From Azolla caroliniana (taxonomy: Eukaryota > Plantae > Polypodiophyta): a stretch of 64,000 nt of DNA. Below the pieces are notes generated by a model. That model worked only from the letters and a program-made list of their open reading frames with translations. It was not told the DNA's origin and made no database searches. Both the position numbers and the translations under genes were made by a program. Location of the stretch: contig JBHGNT010000020.1 of assembly GCA_043228905.1 (NCBI GenBank), positions 9,610,001 through 9,674,000 on the forward strand. Direction: 5' to 3'. Of this stretch, positions 10,459 to 22,000 are shown piece after piece; position 1 is the first letter of the stretch, and the number at the start of each line of letters is the position of its first letter.

Positions 10459-13194
10459 ATGCCAATTTCTATTTATAACAACTTGCGACAGTGTCTCGTC
10501 AACAAGAACCTGCAAGGTTTCATCAAAGTTGCAGAAGCAAAACCTCACCCTCGTGTTGCAGAAATCCTGCAACAAATCAACGTATCAAAAATCACCAATA
10601 AGAAGGTACGTTCTGCTTTGGAATTCAAAAGAGAAGGTTTCAATGTTGTCCAAAAAATGGACAAGGATGTGCTAAGGTCATATTTCGGGGAATATTCTCC
10701 CTCTGCGAAGGCTTTCCAAACGCAAGGAGGAGAGGATGAATTTTTCCATGAAGTCGCCAAATTTTTGTTGGAAGTAGGGTTTGTAAGTCCCCGGTTTTAT
10801 TGTATGCCCAAGAAGCAGGCCAAATTCATAATCGCCACATATGAGGGAGAAATTTTTGACTGGGGGTTGTTGTCAGTAGAAGCTCTATGAGAGCAACTGT
10901 ATGGGGTGTAGACAGGGAAACCAATGAAACCGATATTTGCTCGTTGGTTGTCAATATTATTTCCGACTCCGAGATCGGAAAACCAACCGCGAGAACAAAG
11001 GCTGCCATGGCCACAAGCGTCCCGGCCCCGAAGACAAGTGCGATGAGAAGAGTGGCAGGAAGAAGAGTCGATGCATGTCGACACCACTCAATCAGAACCT
11101 CAACAGCAACCGGAATTTGAGTCGACAACGCAGCTAAAACCCGAACAACAACCGGCCTCACCACAACCTGAACCTGAAAAACAACCAGCCACATAGCCGG
11201 AATCTGAACAACAACCGGACCCCAGGACCACCACACCACCGCAGTCGCAAACACAACAAAAATCGACACCCGTCATAACTGAATAGCCAACACACGGCTG
11301 CGAAGGGTGAAACAAAGGGCCCAACGATTTCCTCAGACTCAGCAAGAGGAGCATGCACAGAAGAAACAAAGAAACGACGACCAAGCCAAACAGAGCACAC
11401 AAATACCTCGTGTCAATCCTAACGACACGACCAAAGTCAAAAAAGGGCAGTCGTCAATAACAACGGTGCAAGAAGCAGTAGGCTTTTCCGACATTCCTCC
11501 AGCGGCACATGAACTGGCAGCTATTCAACAATTCAGAACATCATATGAGCTAGTAGAATGGTTAGCACGAAGATTACAGGAGGTGTTGGAAAGAATGGCA
11601 CAGGAGCACCGGGATCAGCGACACGACCAAAGTTAAAAAAGGGCAGTCGTCAATAACAACGATGCGAGAAGCAGTAAGCTTTTCCGACATTCCTCCAGCG
11701 GCACATGAACTGGCAACTATTCTACAATTCGGAACATCGTATGAGCTAGTAGAATGGTTAGCACGAAGATTACAGGAGGTGTCAGAAAGAATGGCACAGG
11801 AGCACCGGGATCAGATAATGATCCAAAAATCATTGAGTGAAGTTGTCGAGCCGAAAGAGCAACAAGAATTGTATCGAATTGGCCGACAGCGAAGTGTGAA
11901 AAACAAGGGTGAGGCTATCCAGATGCCACCGTTACATGAGGCTCTGGTAGAAGTGCATCGAGAATATGAAAAGGCCAGCCGAGCAGCCAAACATATGGTT
12001 GATTTATACAAAAAATCATCAGCGACGTCAGAAGTGCTAAATGCACAATGTACAAACATGAAAGCCAAAAACCAGCAGTTGACGGAACAACTCCGACAAG
12101 CAGAAGAGCAATTGCAAAAAACAAGGGAAGAAATGTTGCAGAGGGAGTCAAGCAGACCTTTGGAGGCTGATCAAGAATTGCAAAAAAAGTTACAACAGGT
12201 AGAAGCAGCACTCAAGGAGGCGGAAGGTAGAGCCGAAAAAACCGAAATCCGATCCAAGAAAATTGAGGATCAGTTACAACTGGCAAAGACGGAAGTCGGA
12301 AAATGGCTCGATGCAAAGGATGATTTGATTCAACAGCTATGCCGAAAGTTAGTACAGCAGCAGGAAGCCACGCGCCAAAACGTTGAGCAAGTGGAGGAGC
12401 TCAAAGAATATGTAAAAATACAAGAAGAATATTTTGCAAAAGAGTTGGTCGGAAAAGAAACCTTGTTGAATGAAGTCAACGAAAAATATAATCGACAGTA
12501 GGAAGAATGGGAATCAACTAGGGCAACTCTGGAAAGACGGTGTTCAAAAGTGGAAGCTATGTCTGAAAAAAGGCGACTTGACTTGTTACTCGCGCAAGGC
12601 AAGCTGTTACAGACAAAAGGAGAAGATAATGCTCAAATTAATGATTTACGAAAAACATTAGCAACAACACAATTTCAGGCAAGTATAACCGAGGAAAGAA
12701 TTCGAGCTATCCTAAAATGCCATAAGCTTAACACCTTGAAGATGGTCAGTGAGTCCATAGATAAGGGCTCGAAAACCTGGTCGGCACCAGCAGCCGAACT
12801 TCAACTGTTATGTGCCGACAGAGACAATAGGAAGGCTCACGGCCAAGGTTTCTTCAAAATAACAGAAGAAGTAATATTAACTGTTCAGGAGGATATTGCT
12901 AAAAACTTGTATGAGATAGTGGCTTGTCACAGAGAAGAAGTTAGTCAAATTATGCAAGAATTCGACAAACACGATGTCGACACAGCTGTCCAGCTAGACA
13001 ACATTGAAGCTGAAAGGCGAAGCCAAACCCCAGGACTCGAAGCACCGAAAACAGAGGAACCACGACCATCGACCGAAGATACACACAAGTTTACCGAAGA
13101 CGAAGAAGATATGCAACAACCTGAACCTTCATTGTTCGATATTCTGCAGGATGATGCGGAGGATGAATTAGACGAGGACCTTCCTTCGAAATAG
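10459..13194 (+). pseudogene. Extra ORF 3' of pol (ancestrally ~850 aa): N-terminal globular domain, Pro/Gln/Glu linker, long coiled coil
   Basis: Reads through TGA/TAG stops that look like CGA/CAG deaminations. Heptad-like E/K/Q/L-rich text in 11662-12501 and 12550-13194. No obvious TM helix. Confidence 0.75.
11423..11814 (+). repeat. 196-bp tandem duplication inside the extra ORF
   Basis: 11423-11618 vs 11619-11814, about 10 substitutions. Confidence 0.9.
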
Positions 13195-13207
13195 CAGGAG
13201 TAGAAGG

Positions 13208-13253
13208 GGTACCGTGGGTTCGCCAGGCAAGGCCCTAGCCCACGGGCGTGCCA
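13208..13253 (+). other. tRNA-3'-half-like hairpin ending in CCA at the PPT position (inverted PBS 2 nt from the 3' LTR)
   Basis: GTGGGTTCG...CCCAC GGGCGTGCCA; stem 13212-13220/13237-13245; the 3' end is complementary to the PBS at 4936-4946. Confidence 0.7.
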
Positions 13254-13255
13254 AG

Positions 13256-13739
13256 CGTTACCCGGACAAGTCGGGAAGCATCGGAGTCAGAAATATAGAA
13301 GGTCTCCTCGGAGTCGGAGTTGGAGTCGGATCAGTATAGAGGATCGATGAGTCAGCATTTTGCCGAATTAAACTAAAACCAAAATTATAATTAGTTATAG
13401 ATTTTTGTAGTTCTTGCCATTTTTGGCAATATGTTTTCTTGATGAGAAAGTCCTTCTAGTTGCCTATAAAAGGAACCGAAGGCAGTGTAAACATCTATCA
13501 TTTTATTTAGTAATATAAAGTTTAGTTTAGGAAATCTCTGTGCACTAAGCGCTCTGTCAATCTATTTCCTTTCTATCAAAACTTTATTACGTAAATAACG
13601 ATCTCAATGTCTGTTTAACATCAATAAGTTTACAGCAATTTAGTATCTATTCGTCTAACCACAATTCATTGATAGAACGTTCGGTGAGCAACGTTCGACT
13701 TATACTGTGTCGACAATATTGGTTGTCGACCGAACAACA
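13256..13739 (+). repeat. 3' LTR
   Basis: Direct repeat of 4436-4924 (first base T>C), followed by TSD ATATG. Confidence 0.95.
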
Positions 13740-14342
13740 ATATGCTTTTTCAAAATCTAGGAGTACCACAGCTACCTTGTTGTTGGTACGCTTGGCAAGG
13801 GAAACTGCTTCCCAAAACGAGAAAAGGTTGTCTAGGATGCTCCGATTTCTAACGAAACCTGTCTAGGACGGATGAATGAGTTGAGGGAGAAGTGGTGCTA
13901 AGTGACGTGCCACGGTTTTTGCAAGCAACTTATAAATAGTATTGAGAAGTGTTATGGGCCGCCACTTACTAATGTCGTTGGCACTCCCACCACTTTTAGG
14001 AATAAGATGTATCATCCCCTGTCCAAATTCCTCTGGCATGTTTCCAGAGGTGATGATCTCCTCATATGCCTAGAGGAGGTCTTCTTTAATAGTGTCCCAA
14101 AGGCACGTGAAAAAGTGAGGAGTGAGGCCATCGATTTCGGGGCAACTATCTGCATCCAAATCGGAGAGGGCCTCCCATATCTCGATGTTTGATCAGGGAC
14201 ACACGAGCCATGTATTCATTTCCGTCGTGACTTTCTCGGGTATGCTCTGGAGGATAATATATTCTCGTGTGTCTTCCCCTGTGGCCATATTATCTTCAGT
14301 AAGTAGTCGCTTGTAGTAACTTGTCGCAATATTCCTCATTTC
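13740..14342 (-). pseudogene. LINE ORF2 fragment (linker + RT N-terminal)
   Basis: MRNIATSYYKRLL...TGFVRNRSILDNL...VLLDFEKAY. Confidence 0.88.
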
Positions 14343-15048
14343 TATTGAGAAATCATTCGGTAAAATCACAATAAGCGAACTGTGCTGAAATACGAATCAC
14401 AAATATGCCAGAAAACAGGACAACAATGGTGCACAGAGATTTAACGTGGAAACCCTAAAATGGGAGAAAACCACGGGAACGGAGCTTCACTATGTATAGA
14501 TGATATACTCCTTCAAGTGTATCAACCACGCAGGGCTGTGGGCGTCTGTTGTTATGCACACAACTATGGTGCCGCTCTCACTCACTCTCTGTCTCACACG
14601 CTCACATTTGCCCTGTTCTACTCACACACGCACACGTTTGCCCTAAATGTATTTATATTGATACATTGTATGGTTATTTACACATGTAGCCCCTACTACA
14701 TATTATCACTATTATTATCATTACAATAATAATAATTCTACTCACACACGCACACATTTGCCCTAAATGTATTTATACTAATACATTGTATGGGCTATTT
14801 ACACATGTAGCCCCTACTACATATTATCACTATTATTATCATTACAATAATAATAATCAACCTATTAGAAAAACAGTCGATTATGTTTTCGACTCTTCAA
14901 CTGTCGACTATTTCCAAACAGTCGGTTCTTCCTTGTCTTCGACTGTCAGCTCTCCTTGGTCTGATCAGTCGGCTCCTCATAGTTATCAATTGTCAGCTAC
15001 TCCTAGACAGTCGGCTCCTCCTCCCACTGGAGGGACATATTCCCAACA
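14343..15048 (-). repeat. copia 3' LTR with ~120-bp internal tandem duplication of the TATA region
   Basis: TGTTGGGA start on the minus strand. 14621-14740 is repeated at 14741-14858. Confidence 0.9.
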
Positions 15049-15079
15049 AACTCCCCCTTCACTCTTGTGGGAGGGAGTT

Positions 15080-17645
15080 AGTCAATCTTGTCTTCTGTCG
15101 ACATACTCTAACTTTGTCCATAGGTAGGTTCTTCGTGAGCATGTCGAATCCATTGTCGTCAGTATGGATCCTCACAAGAGAAAACTCTCTTTCTTCAACT
15201 CTCTCCTACAACCAGTGATACCTTCTCTATATGTGCTTGGTCCGGGAGTGGTATGCAACATTCTTGGCAAGGTGTATGGCGCTTTGGCTATCACAGTGAA
15301 GCAAGAACTCCTTTTGCTTTATCGCTAATTCGTTGAGAAAATTTCTCATCCAAATTAGCTCTTTGCCGGCCTCTACCGCTGCCATATACTCTGCCTCTAT
15401 AGTCGACAAGGCTACAGACTTCTGCAATTGTGACTGCTATGACATTGGTCCCTCGGCATAGGTCATCACGTACCATGACGTGGATCGGCTCGAGTCGACA
15501 TCTCCCGACATGTCTGAATCGGTAAAACCTTCTAGCATAGGTTTTCTGACACCATACCTTAGGCACACCCCCGAGGTGCCCTTTAAGTACCTGAGTATCC
15601 ACTTCAATGTTGCCCAGTGTTCTCTTCTTGGATTACTCATATATCAGCTTACTGCTCCCACAGCAAATGCTATGTCTGGTCTCGTACATATCATAGCATA
15701 CATTAGACTGCCAACGGCCGACACATATGGTACCTTCCTCATCTCGGCCTTCTCCTTCTCCCCTTTCAGGCACTGCTTCGCATTCATCCTGCAATTTGTC
15801 AACAACACCGAGCCGACTGGCTTTGCGTCCGACATGTTGAACCTTTCTCGGAACTTCGTCACATACTTTTGTTGTGACAACCATAGCACCTTTTGAGTTC
15901 TGTCTCGAACTATGTGCATTCCTAAGATCTGTTTAGCCGGTCCAAGGTCTTTCATGGCAAACAACCTGCTTAGAGCTTTCTTCAAGCTTCTAATCTTCTT
16001 TGTGTCTTGACTGACTATCAACATGTCATCAACATATAACAAGAGAATCAAGAAGTCTTCTTCTTCATACCTTTTGACGAACACACAGTGATCGGCCTGT
16101 GTTTTCTGGAACCGGTGTTCCATCATGAAGGACTCAAACTTCTTGTACCATTGGCGTGGAGCTTGTTTCAGACCGTACAAGCTTTTCTTCAGTCGACACA
16201 CTAGGTTCTCTTTCCCTTTCTCCTCAAAGCCTTCGGGTTGCTGCATGTAGATTTCTTCTTCTAGCTCCCCGTGTAAGAATGTGGTTTTGACATCCGATTG
16301 TTCAATCTCTGGGTCCATATTGGCCGCTATACTCAAAACAATTCGAATGGATGTCATCTTCACAACTAGTGCAAATATTTCGTCGAAGTCGATGCCCTTT
16401 TTCTGTTGAAAACCCTTCATCACGATGCAGGCTTTATACTTGGGCTCATTGTCGGCTTCTCCAGTCTTCACCTTGTAGACCCATTTATTCTTGAGTGCTC
16501 TCTTACCTTTCGGCAGCTCTACTAGGTCGTAGGTGTAATTCTCATGCAAGGATTCCAACTCCATAGCACTCTAGTTCACCTTCATCAGTCAAGAGGATGT
16601 ATTGACTGGCATATGTTGTCGGTACTTTCCTTAGCATCTCTACCGACTCTAACTCACAGTCGGTTGGTCTCTCCGAGTCGACCGACTCGGATTCGGCTGT
16701 GCCGACTGGCCGTCTCCGAACTGCTGATGTTGTTGGTTCACTTAACCTTAGATCGACAATAGTCGGGGTTGACTAGGGAGTCATATCCGACTTCTGTTGC
16801 TTCCAGTCTTCAATCGTCTTATCTTCAAGAAATACTACGTCCCGACTTCTCACTACCCTCTTGTCAACCAGATCCCATAGCCTATAGCCGAACTCATCTT
16901 CTGAGTATCCCATGAATATGCATGCCTTCGACTTACGGTCGAGCTTTGACCTCTGATCCTTCGGTACATGCATGAACCCCAAACATCCGAACACCCTCAA
17001 GTGTTGGTAGGAGACATCCTTCCATGTCCACACTCTCTGTGGGACATCACCCTTTAATGGTATTGAGGGAGACCTGTTGATCAAATAAACATTTGTGTAC
17101 ATTGCCTCAGCCCAATAGGATTTCGACATTTTCGCATGAGAGAGCATGCTCCTTACCCTCTCCATGATTATTCGATTCATCCTCTCTACAAGCCCATTTA
17201 ACTCTGGGGTCTTTGGCACTATGTATTCGATCCAAATACCTTGGCACTTGCAGTATTCCTCGAATTGCCCTCTATACTCGTCACGGTTATCGGTTCGAAC
17301 AGCCTTCAACTCCTGACCCGACTCTCGTTTAGCTCTAGCCTGGAACTCCTTGAAAACCGACAGCACTTGATCCTTCGACTTCAATACGAAGACCCATGTC
17401 TTCCGACTATAGTCGTCGATGAACGTCACAAAGTATTGTCCACCTCGATGCGATGGAGCATCTACATAACACACATCCGTGTCTACCAGTTCCAGTGCAA
17501 CCTCTCTTCCTCTTGGTGGTCTTATGTGGAATGCTGATATGTTCTGCTTTCCGACCAAGCAGTCGACGCACTTCTCCAGGTGCACTCCATTGACTTCTGC
17601 TAGAAGCTTTTGGTCGGCTAGCAGGTGCATTCCTTTCTCACTCAT
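15080..17645 (-). pseudogene. copia pol: integrase, RT, RNase H (disrupted)
   Basis: HMSEKGM, YFVTFIDDYSR, PELNGLVERMN; KNKWVYKVK, SLYGLKQAPRQWY, LLYVDDML; SVALSTIEAEY, CDSQSAI, RTKHI. Confidence 0.95.
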
Positions 17646-18007
17646 GTGCCCCTACTACATATTATCACTATTATTATCATTACAATAATAATAATTCTAC
17701 TCACACACACACATGTTTGCTCTAAATGTATTTATACTAATACATTGTATGGGCTATTTACACATGTAGCCCCTACTACATATTATCACTATTATTATCA
17801 TTACAATAATAATAATCAACCTATTAGAAAAACAATCGACTCTATTTTCAACTCTTCAACTGTCGGCTACTTCCGAATAGTCGGTTCTTCCCTATCTGCG
17901 ATTGTCGGCTCTCCTTGGTCCAATCAGTCAGCTCCTCGTAGTTATCAACTGTCAGCTACTCCTGGACAGTCGGCTCCTCCTCCCACTGGAGGGACATATT
18001 CCCAACA
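17645..18007 (-). repeat. copia 5' LTR, U5 side deleted
   Basis: Matches about 14685-15048. Confidence 0.9.
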
Positions 18008-18244
18008 ATTTTGTCGCCATCCTCAGTGGTCGCCATTCTCAGTCCCTTGGATCGGAAGAATTCCTTCGTGGATTTGTCCCCTACTCGAATCCATCAAGCC
18101 ATGCTTCCATGAAACTCCATGTCATAGATTTTCTTTTCCGCCATGATGAGTTCATGTTTGGCCATGACAACATGTCCCGCTATCCAACTACATGCCAGGT
18201 ATCTCTGTTGGAGTCGTTGTAAGGCTATTAGTCCCTGTTGCCGT
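18008..18244 (-). pseudogene. LINE ORF2 fragment (EN-RT linker)
   Basis: RQQGLIALQRLQQ...EFFRSKG...EDGDK joins both neighbouring LINE segments. Confidence 0.75.
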
Positions 18245-18986
18245 CGTGTAATTCGCACACTACATGAAAATTGCATTTTGGTTCCTCCGGATGGGACAAG
18301 GAGGAACCGGTAAGGAGAACCGGATGAAGAGAAAAATTTGTAAATAAAATAAATATTTATTACATGCATAGGGCAGGATTCAAACCTTGTACCTCCACGT
18401 AGACAAACCCCAACCTTACCATTGTACTAACTTATCCTAATTATTTTAAATATAGATTTAATACGTATAAGACCTTTATTTACACCTACCTTTATTAAAA
18501 GGTAAGTCATGCATTTTTAGAATGCGTGAATACTTTATTGATAAGAAAAACGTACACCAATAAAAAATTACTCGTGCACATCTAGCGAGCATGAGCACTA
18601 TATTTAGGAAATAAAAGCATAGCGTAAAAAGCAACTCATGCACATTTAGTGTGCATGAACACTTTAGAAAAAGCATGAAGCTATGCTTAGCCTCTTCCAT
18701 CCTTATATAAGGAGGAGAGAAAGATGTATGGGTTGTGGATTATTTTACAAGGATTGATCAATCTAATATATTCGTAGGATTCACGAGTCTATCATCAAAA
18801 TTCTCTTTCTTACAATCTAAATATTTATTAAATACACTAAACACGTGGGATTCACAAGTTTTATTTCTTACTTCTCTTTCTACCTATTCATAACCAGCCT
18901 TATATTGTATTCTTCTTTCTCCTAGTCCAAAACCTCACTAGTTCCCACCCGACTCACGCAACAATCTAGAGCCGAAAGGCACGACA
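18245..18986 (+). repeat. 5' LTR
   Basis: 3' 250 bp duplicated at 24492-24741; CCTTATATAAGG TATA near 18701. The left end appears to have lost its TGT. Confidence 0.8.
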
Positions 18987-18990
18987 CAAG

Positions 18991-19008
18991 TGGTGAACCC
19001 GACGTGAA
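18991..19008 (+). promoter_or_regulatory. PBS complementary to tRNA-Trp
   Basis: TGGTGAACCCGACGTGAA, 4 nt after the LTR; identical to the 3429-3446 PBS. Confidence 0.85.
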
Positions 19009-19024
19009 ACCGGGTGGCAAGGAG

Positions 19025-22000
19025 ATGGAAAATCAACCGGGGGCTAACAACATGATGGCGATGTTTGAGTGAATGCTACAAGAACAATGTGCGATGTCGG
19101 AGTAGAGCGGCTCGTGCAACGGAACAGGCAATTCAACGGGAAAGACGTGTCACGATATTTGCAAGATTACAAAGCGGAAATGCTACGGTGCGGGATTTCA
19201 GAAGGACTGCAAGTGACATCCTTCAACCGGGTGACGACCGACGGGCTTCAAGGGAGTATCCACGGGATAGGGCAGCAAAATCCGACGTGGGAGGCATTTG
19301 AAGAGGCGCTAAAGACCACGTTCGCCATCGAGGACTCCTCCAAGGCAACGAGGAGGGGATTCGAAGATTGGGTGGAAACACCGGATAAGGGGATGAAGGT
19401 CCATAGTGTGTTTTCGTCATTCGAAAGTCAATTCAGGAGGTTGTCTATGAGAGATCAAGCTATCCTCGCACCGGACAAAGTGATCATGTTCCTACGAGCC
19501 GTGGACATCCGGGACCGGAAAGATCTTGGAGTGCTTTTGGAGGACACAACCACTGAGAGTGGCCTCACCGAAACATGGGAAAGCGTGTGGGATATCGTCG
19601 CACAATACACGAAGAGGGGGAGATGGCTTGCTAGCGAAGAAAAGAGGGTTTTGGAACCGATTCCGAAACCGAGATCCGGATTGGAAGACCATCAACCGAG
19701 GGCTCGGGAGACTAGGACCGAGAAGGGAATCGATGCAACCACGGTGGAGGAGTTGCTGAAAGAAATGGAGAATCTGAAAATTGTGATGGTAAAGAAGTCG
19801 GATGACCATCCCACAAGCTCCAAGTATATGGACCATCGGTGCATATGTGTGATAGCACGGAACATGATTGGAGGGATTGCGACGAGCACAAGGAGGCGTT
19901 ACAACGGGATCTTATCTACTACGAGGGAAATCGGATCCATTCGATGGACTCTCGGAAGCCACTCTGACCGAACTTCCGGAGGGGCAGCATGAAGAAGGTC
20001 CTCGAGGAGGAAATAGCAGTGAAAAGCAATTATGCGAGAACTGCGGGAATGCGTGTCGGGGAGTCATCGGGAGCAAAGGGGTCTTTTTAGCCGGAAATGC
20101 TAGAAAACCCCGAGAAAACCGATTCCAATGATATCCGAAGCACCGCAGAAGGCATCCGAAAAGCTACGGAATGGGAGTGTCCCGTTGATAAGAATAGTGT
20201 ACACGCCCTATGCCAATTGCATGAGGTCTATGTAGACGAGAAACGACGGCGCACGGATGATGCGGCCGGCCCATCAAAGACACCAGAGAGCTAGAACTCC
20301 GGAGGGAAGGGGAAAGAAAACACGATTCCAGGATTCAAACTCGCCTCGGACATCGAACAACAAACGGACTTCAAAAAAGTGTTCAAGGAGAGAATCCTCG
20401 ATAGCCGGGTGGAATTTTTGCTTCGGGAATTACTCGGAATAGCGAAGAAGGAGTTCCATGATCTTCTTGTGGATCTCGTGAAGAGAAAAAGACAAAGTAT
20501 GGAGGAGAACGCTCCAAGGGTAAATGCAAACACGGTTTTAATGAATGACAGCGAAGTGGAGGACGAAATTCCGAACTCCCACTACACAAGGCCACACTGG
20601 GCACGTGCAACTACGGAGACTCCGGTCCGAATCGGCAACATCAAAGAGCCCGTGCTAGCATTGATTGATCACGGATCGCAAATCAATTTGATGTCCAAGG
20701 AGTTCTACCAGAAGGGGAAGTGACCTATAAACACTAACCATGGATGGAAGATCCGGACAGCCACTAAAGCAACGGAAGATCTATTTGCGGCTTGTCCAGA
20801 TGTGACAGTGAAGATCGGGGATGTCGAGATCGACCAAAATTTCTTCATACAAGACGAGGTTTCACATTCCGTGATCCTTGGGCAACCCTTTACCACGGCT
20901 TCACGGATGGAGACAAAGGTGCTCAATAGTGGTGCGACTTAAACACGAATTCAGAGCCAAAATGGAGGGAAATCCATCCAATTCCTAACTATGCCAGCAA
21001 ATCATGAAAGGAACAAGAGAGAGCTCTTGTCCCAAACAAGGATGGATTTTTAGAGCAAACTGTTGCAAAGTGGGGAAGTGATAGTCCGAGAAGCCCTGAT
21101 ACCCCACACAAGAAGAAAACTCTCGGAACAAAACAAGTAGGAATCGGTCCAGATGGGGCATCTACGTACATGGCCGTAACCGGAGGAAAGAAGAAAGAAT
21201 ACCGAAAAGTAGAGGATAAGTTGCGTTCGGCATCAATAATAAAAGAAGACGAAGAAATTGTGGGGGTAGTCGAAGAAGTGTTCTATGGGAACACGCTACA
21301 ACGGCTTGAAGAGCTTGTGGAGGATAAAAGCCAAGGAGACCATGTAGTCCCGGTGGAATCGGTCAAGATGTACAAGATCATTGTGAAAATGGGGTTGGAT
21401 GTGCTCCACAAAGAAGAAGCAATGGTAAGTACGAAATACAAGACCGTGGAGAAGAAAGTGAAACCGGTCGCGGGACTGTTACCCGCCGATAGCGAGCAAA
21501 ATAGGAAAGAAGTCTCGAGAGATCCAACACTTCGGAAGTCCATGGATATCAGACATGCCTTCACGGATGAGACCCGGAAGAAACTTCAGATCGGTGGAGG
21601 TGGTTTCCTTTTACAAAATGAAGAAGAACGATTCCATGGGATGTTGGAACAACATGGGAAAGCATTTGCATTCACATCGAAGGAGATAGGGTGCTTTGAT
21701 CCAAAGATAGTGGAGCCGATGGTGATCTTCACGATTGACCATGTGTCGTGGAACCTAAAGCCGATTCCGGTGCCACAGACGCATATTCCCAAAATCATCG
21801 ACTTGCTCAAGGAGAAGGTGGCAATGGGGATTCTAGAGCCATCAAACACTTTGTACTCAAATCGATGGTTTACGGTTCCGAAGAAGAATGGGTCACTCCG
21901 ATTTATCCAAGACTTGCAACCGGTGAACAAGGTCACGATCCGGAACTCCGGCGACGGTCCGATAGTGGACGAATTTGCGGAAGCATTTGCTGGTCGAGCG

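Larger units (their letters stand above)
4436..13739 (+). mobile_element. Full-length non-chromovirus Ty3/gypsy LTR retrotransposon with a long 3' extra ORF; TSD ATATG
   Basis: LTRs 4436-4924 and 13256-13739 (~95% identical by hand count, mostly transitions). ATATG at 4431-4435 and 13740-13744. Domain order gag-PR-RT-RH-IN. Confidence 0.95.
14343..18007 (-). mobile_element. Ty1/copia (Tnt1/Tork-like) element with deletion of U5-PBS-gag-PR; TSD ATTTC/ATTTT
   Basis: 3' LTR 14343-15048 is preceded on the minus strand by PPT AAGGGGGAGTT. Partial 5' LTR 17645-18007. Internal order IN-RT-RH. Confidence 0.93.

Noticed and set aside
10459-13194. Calling the extra ORF a retroviral env
   Set aside because: No signal peptide or transmembrane segment visible; composition is soluble coiled-coil.
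18362-18436. Functional tRNA gene (also 29595-29656 and 13208-13253)
   Set aside because: No complete cloverleaf (acceptor/anticodon stems do not pair); only A/B boxes or a 3' half are present.
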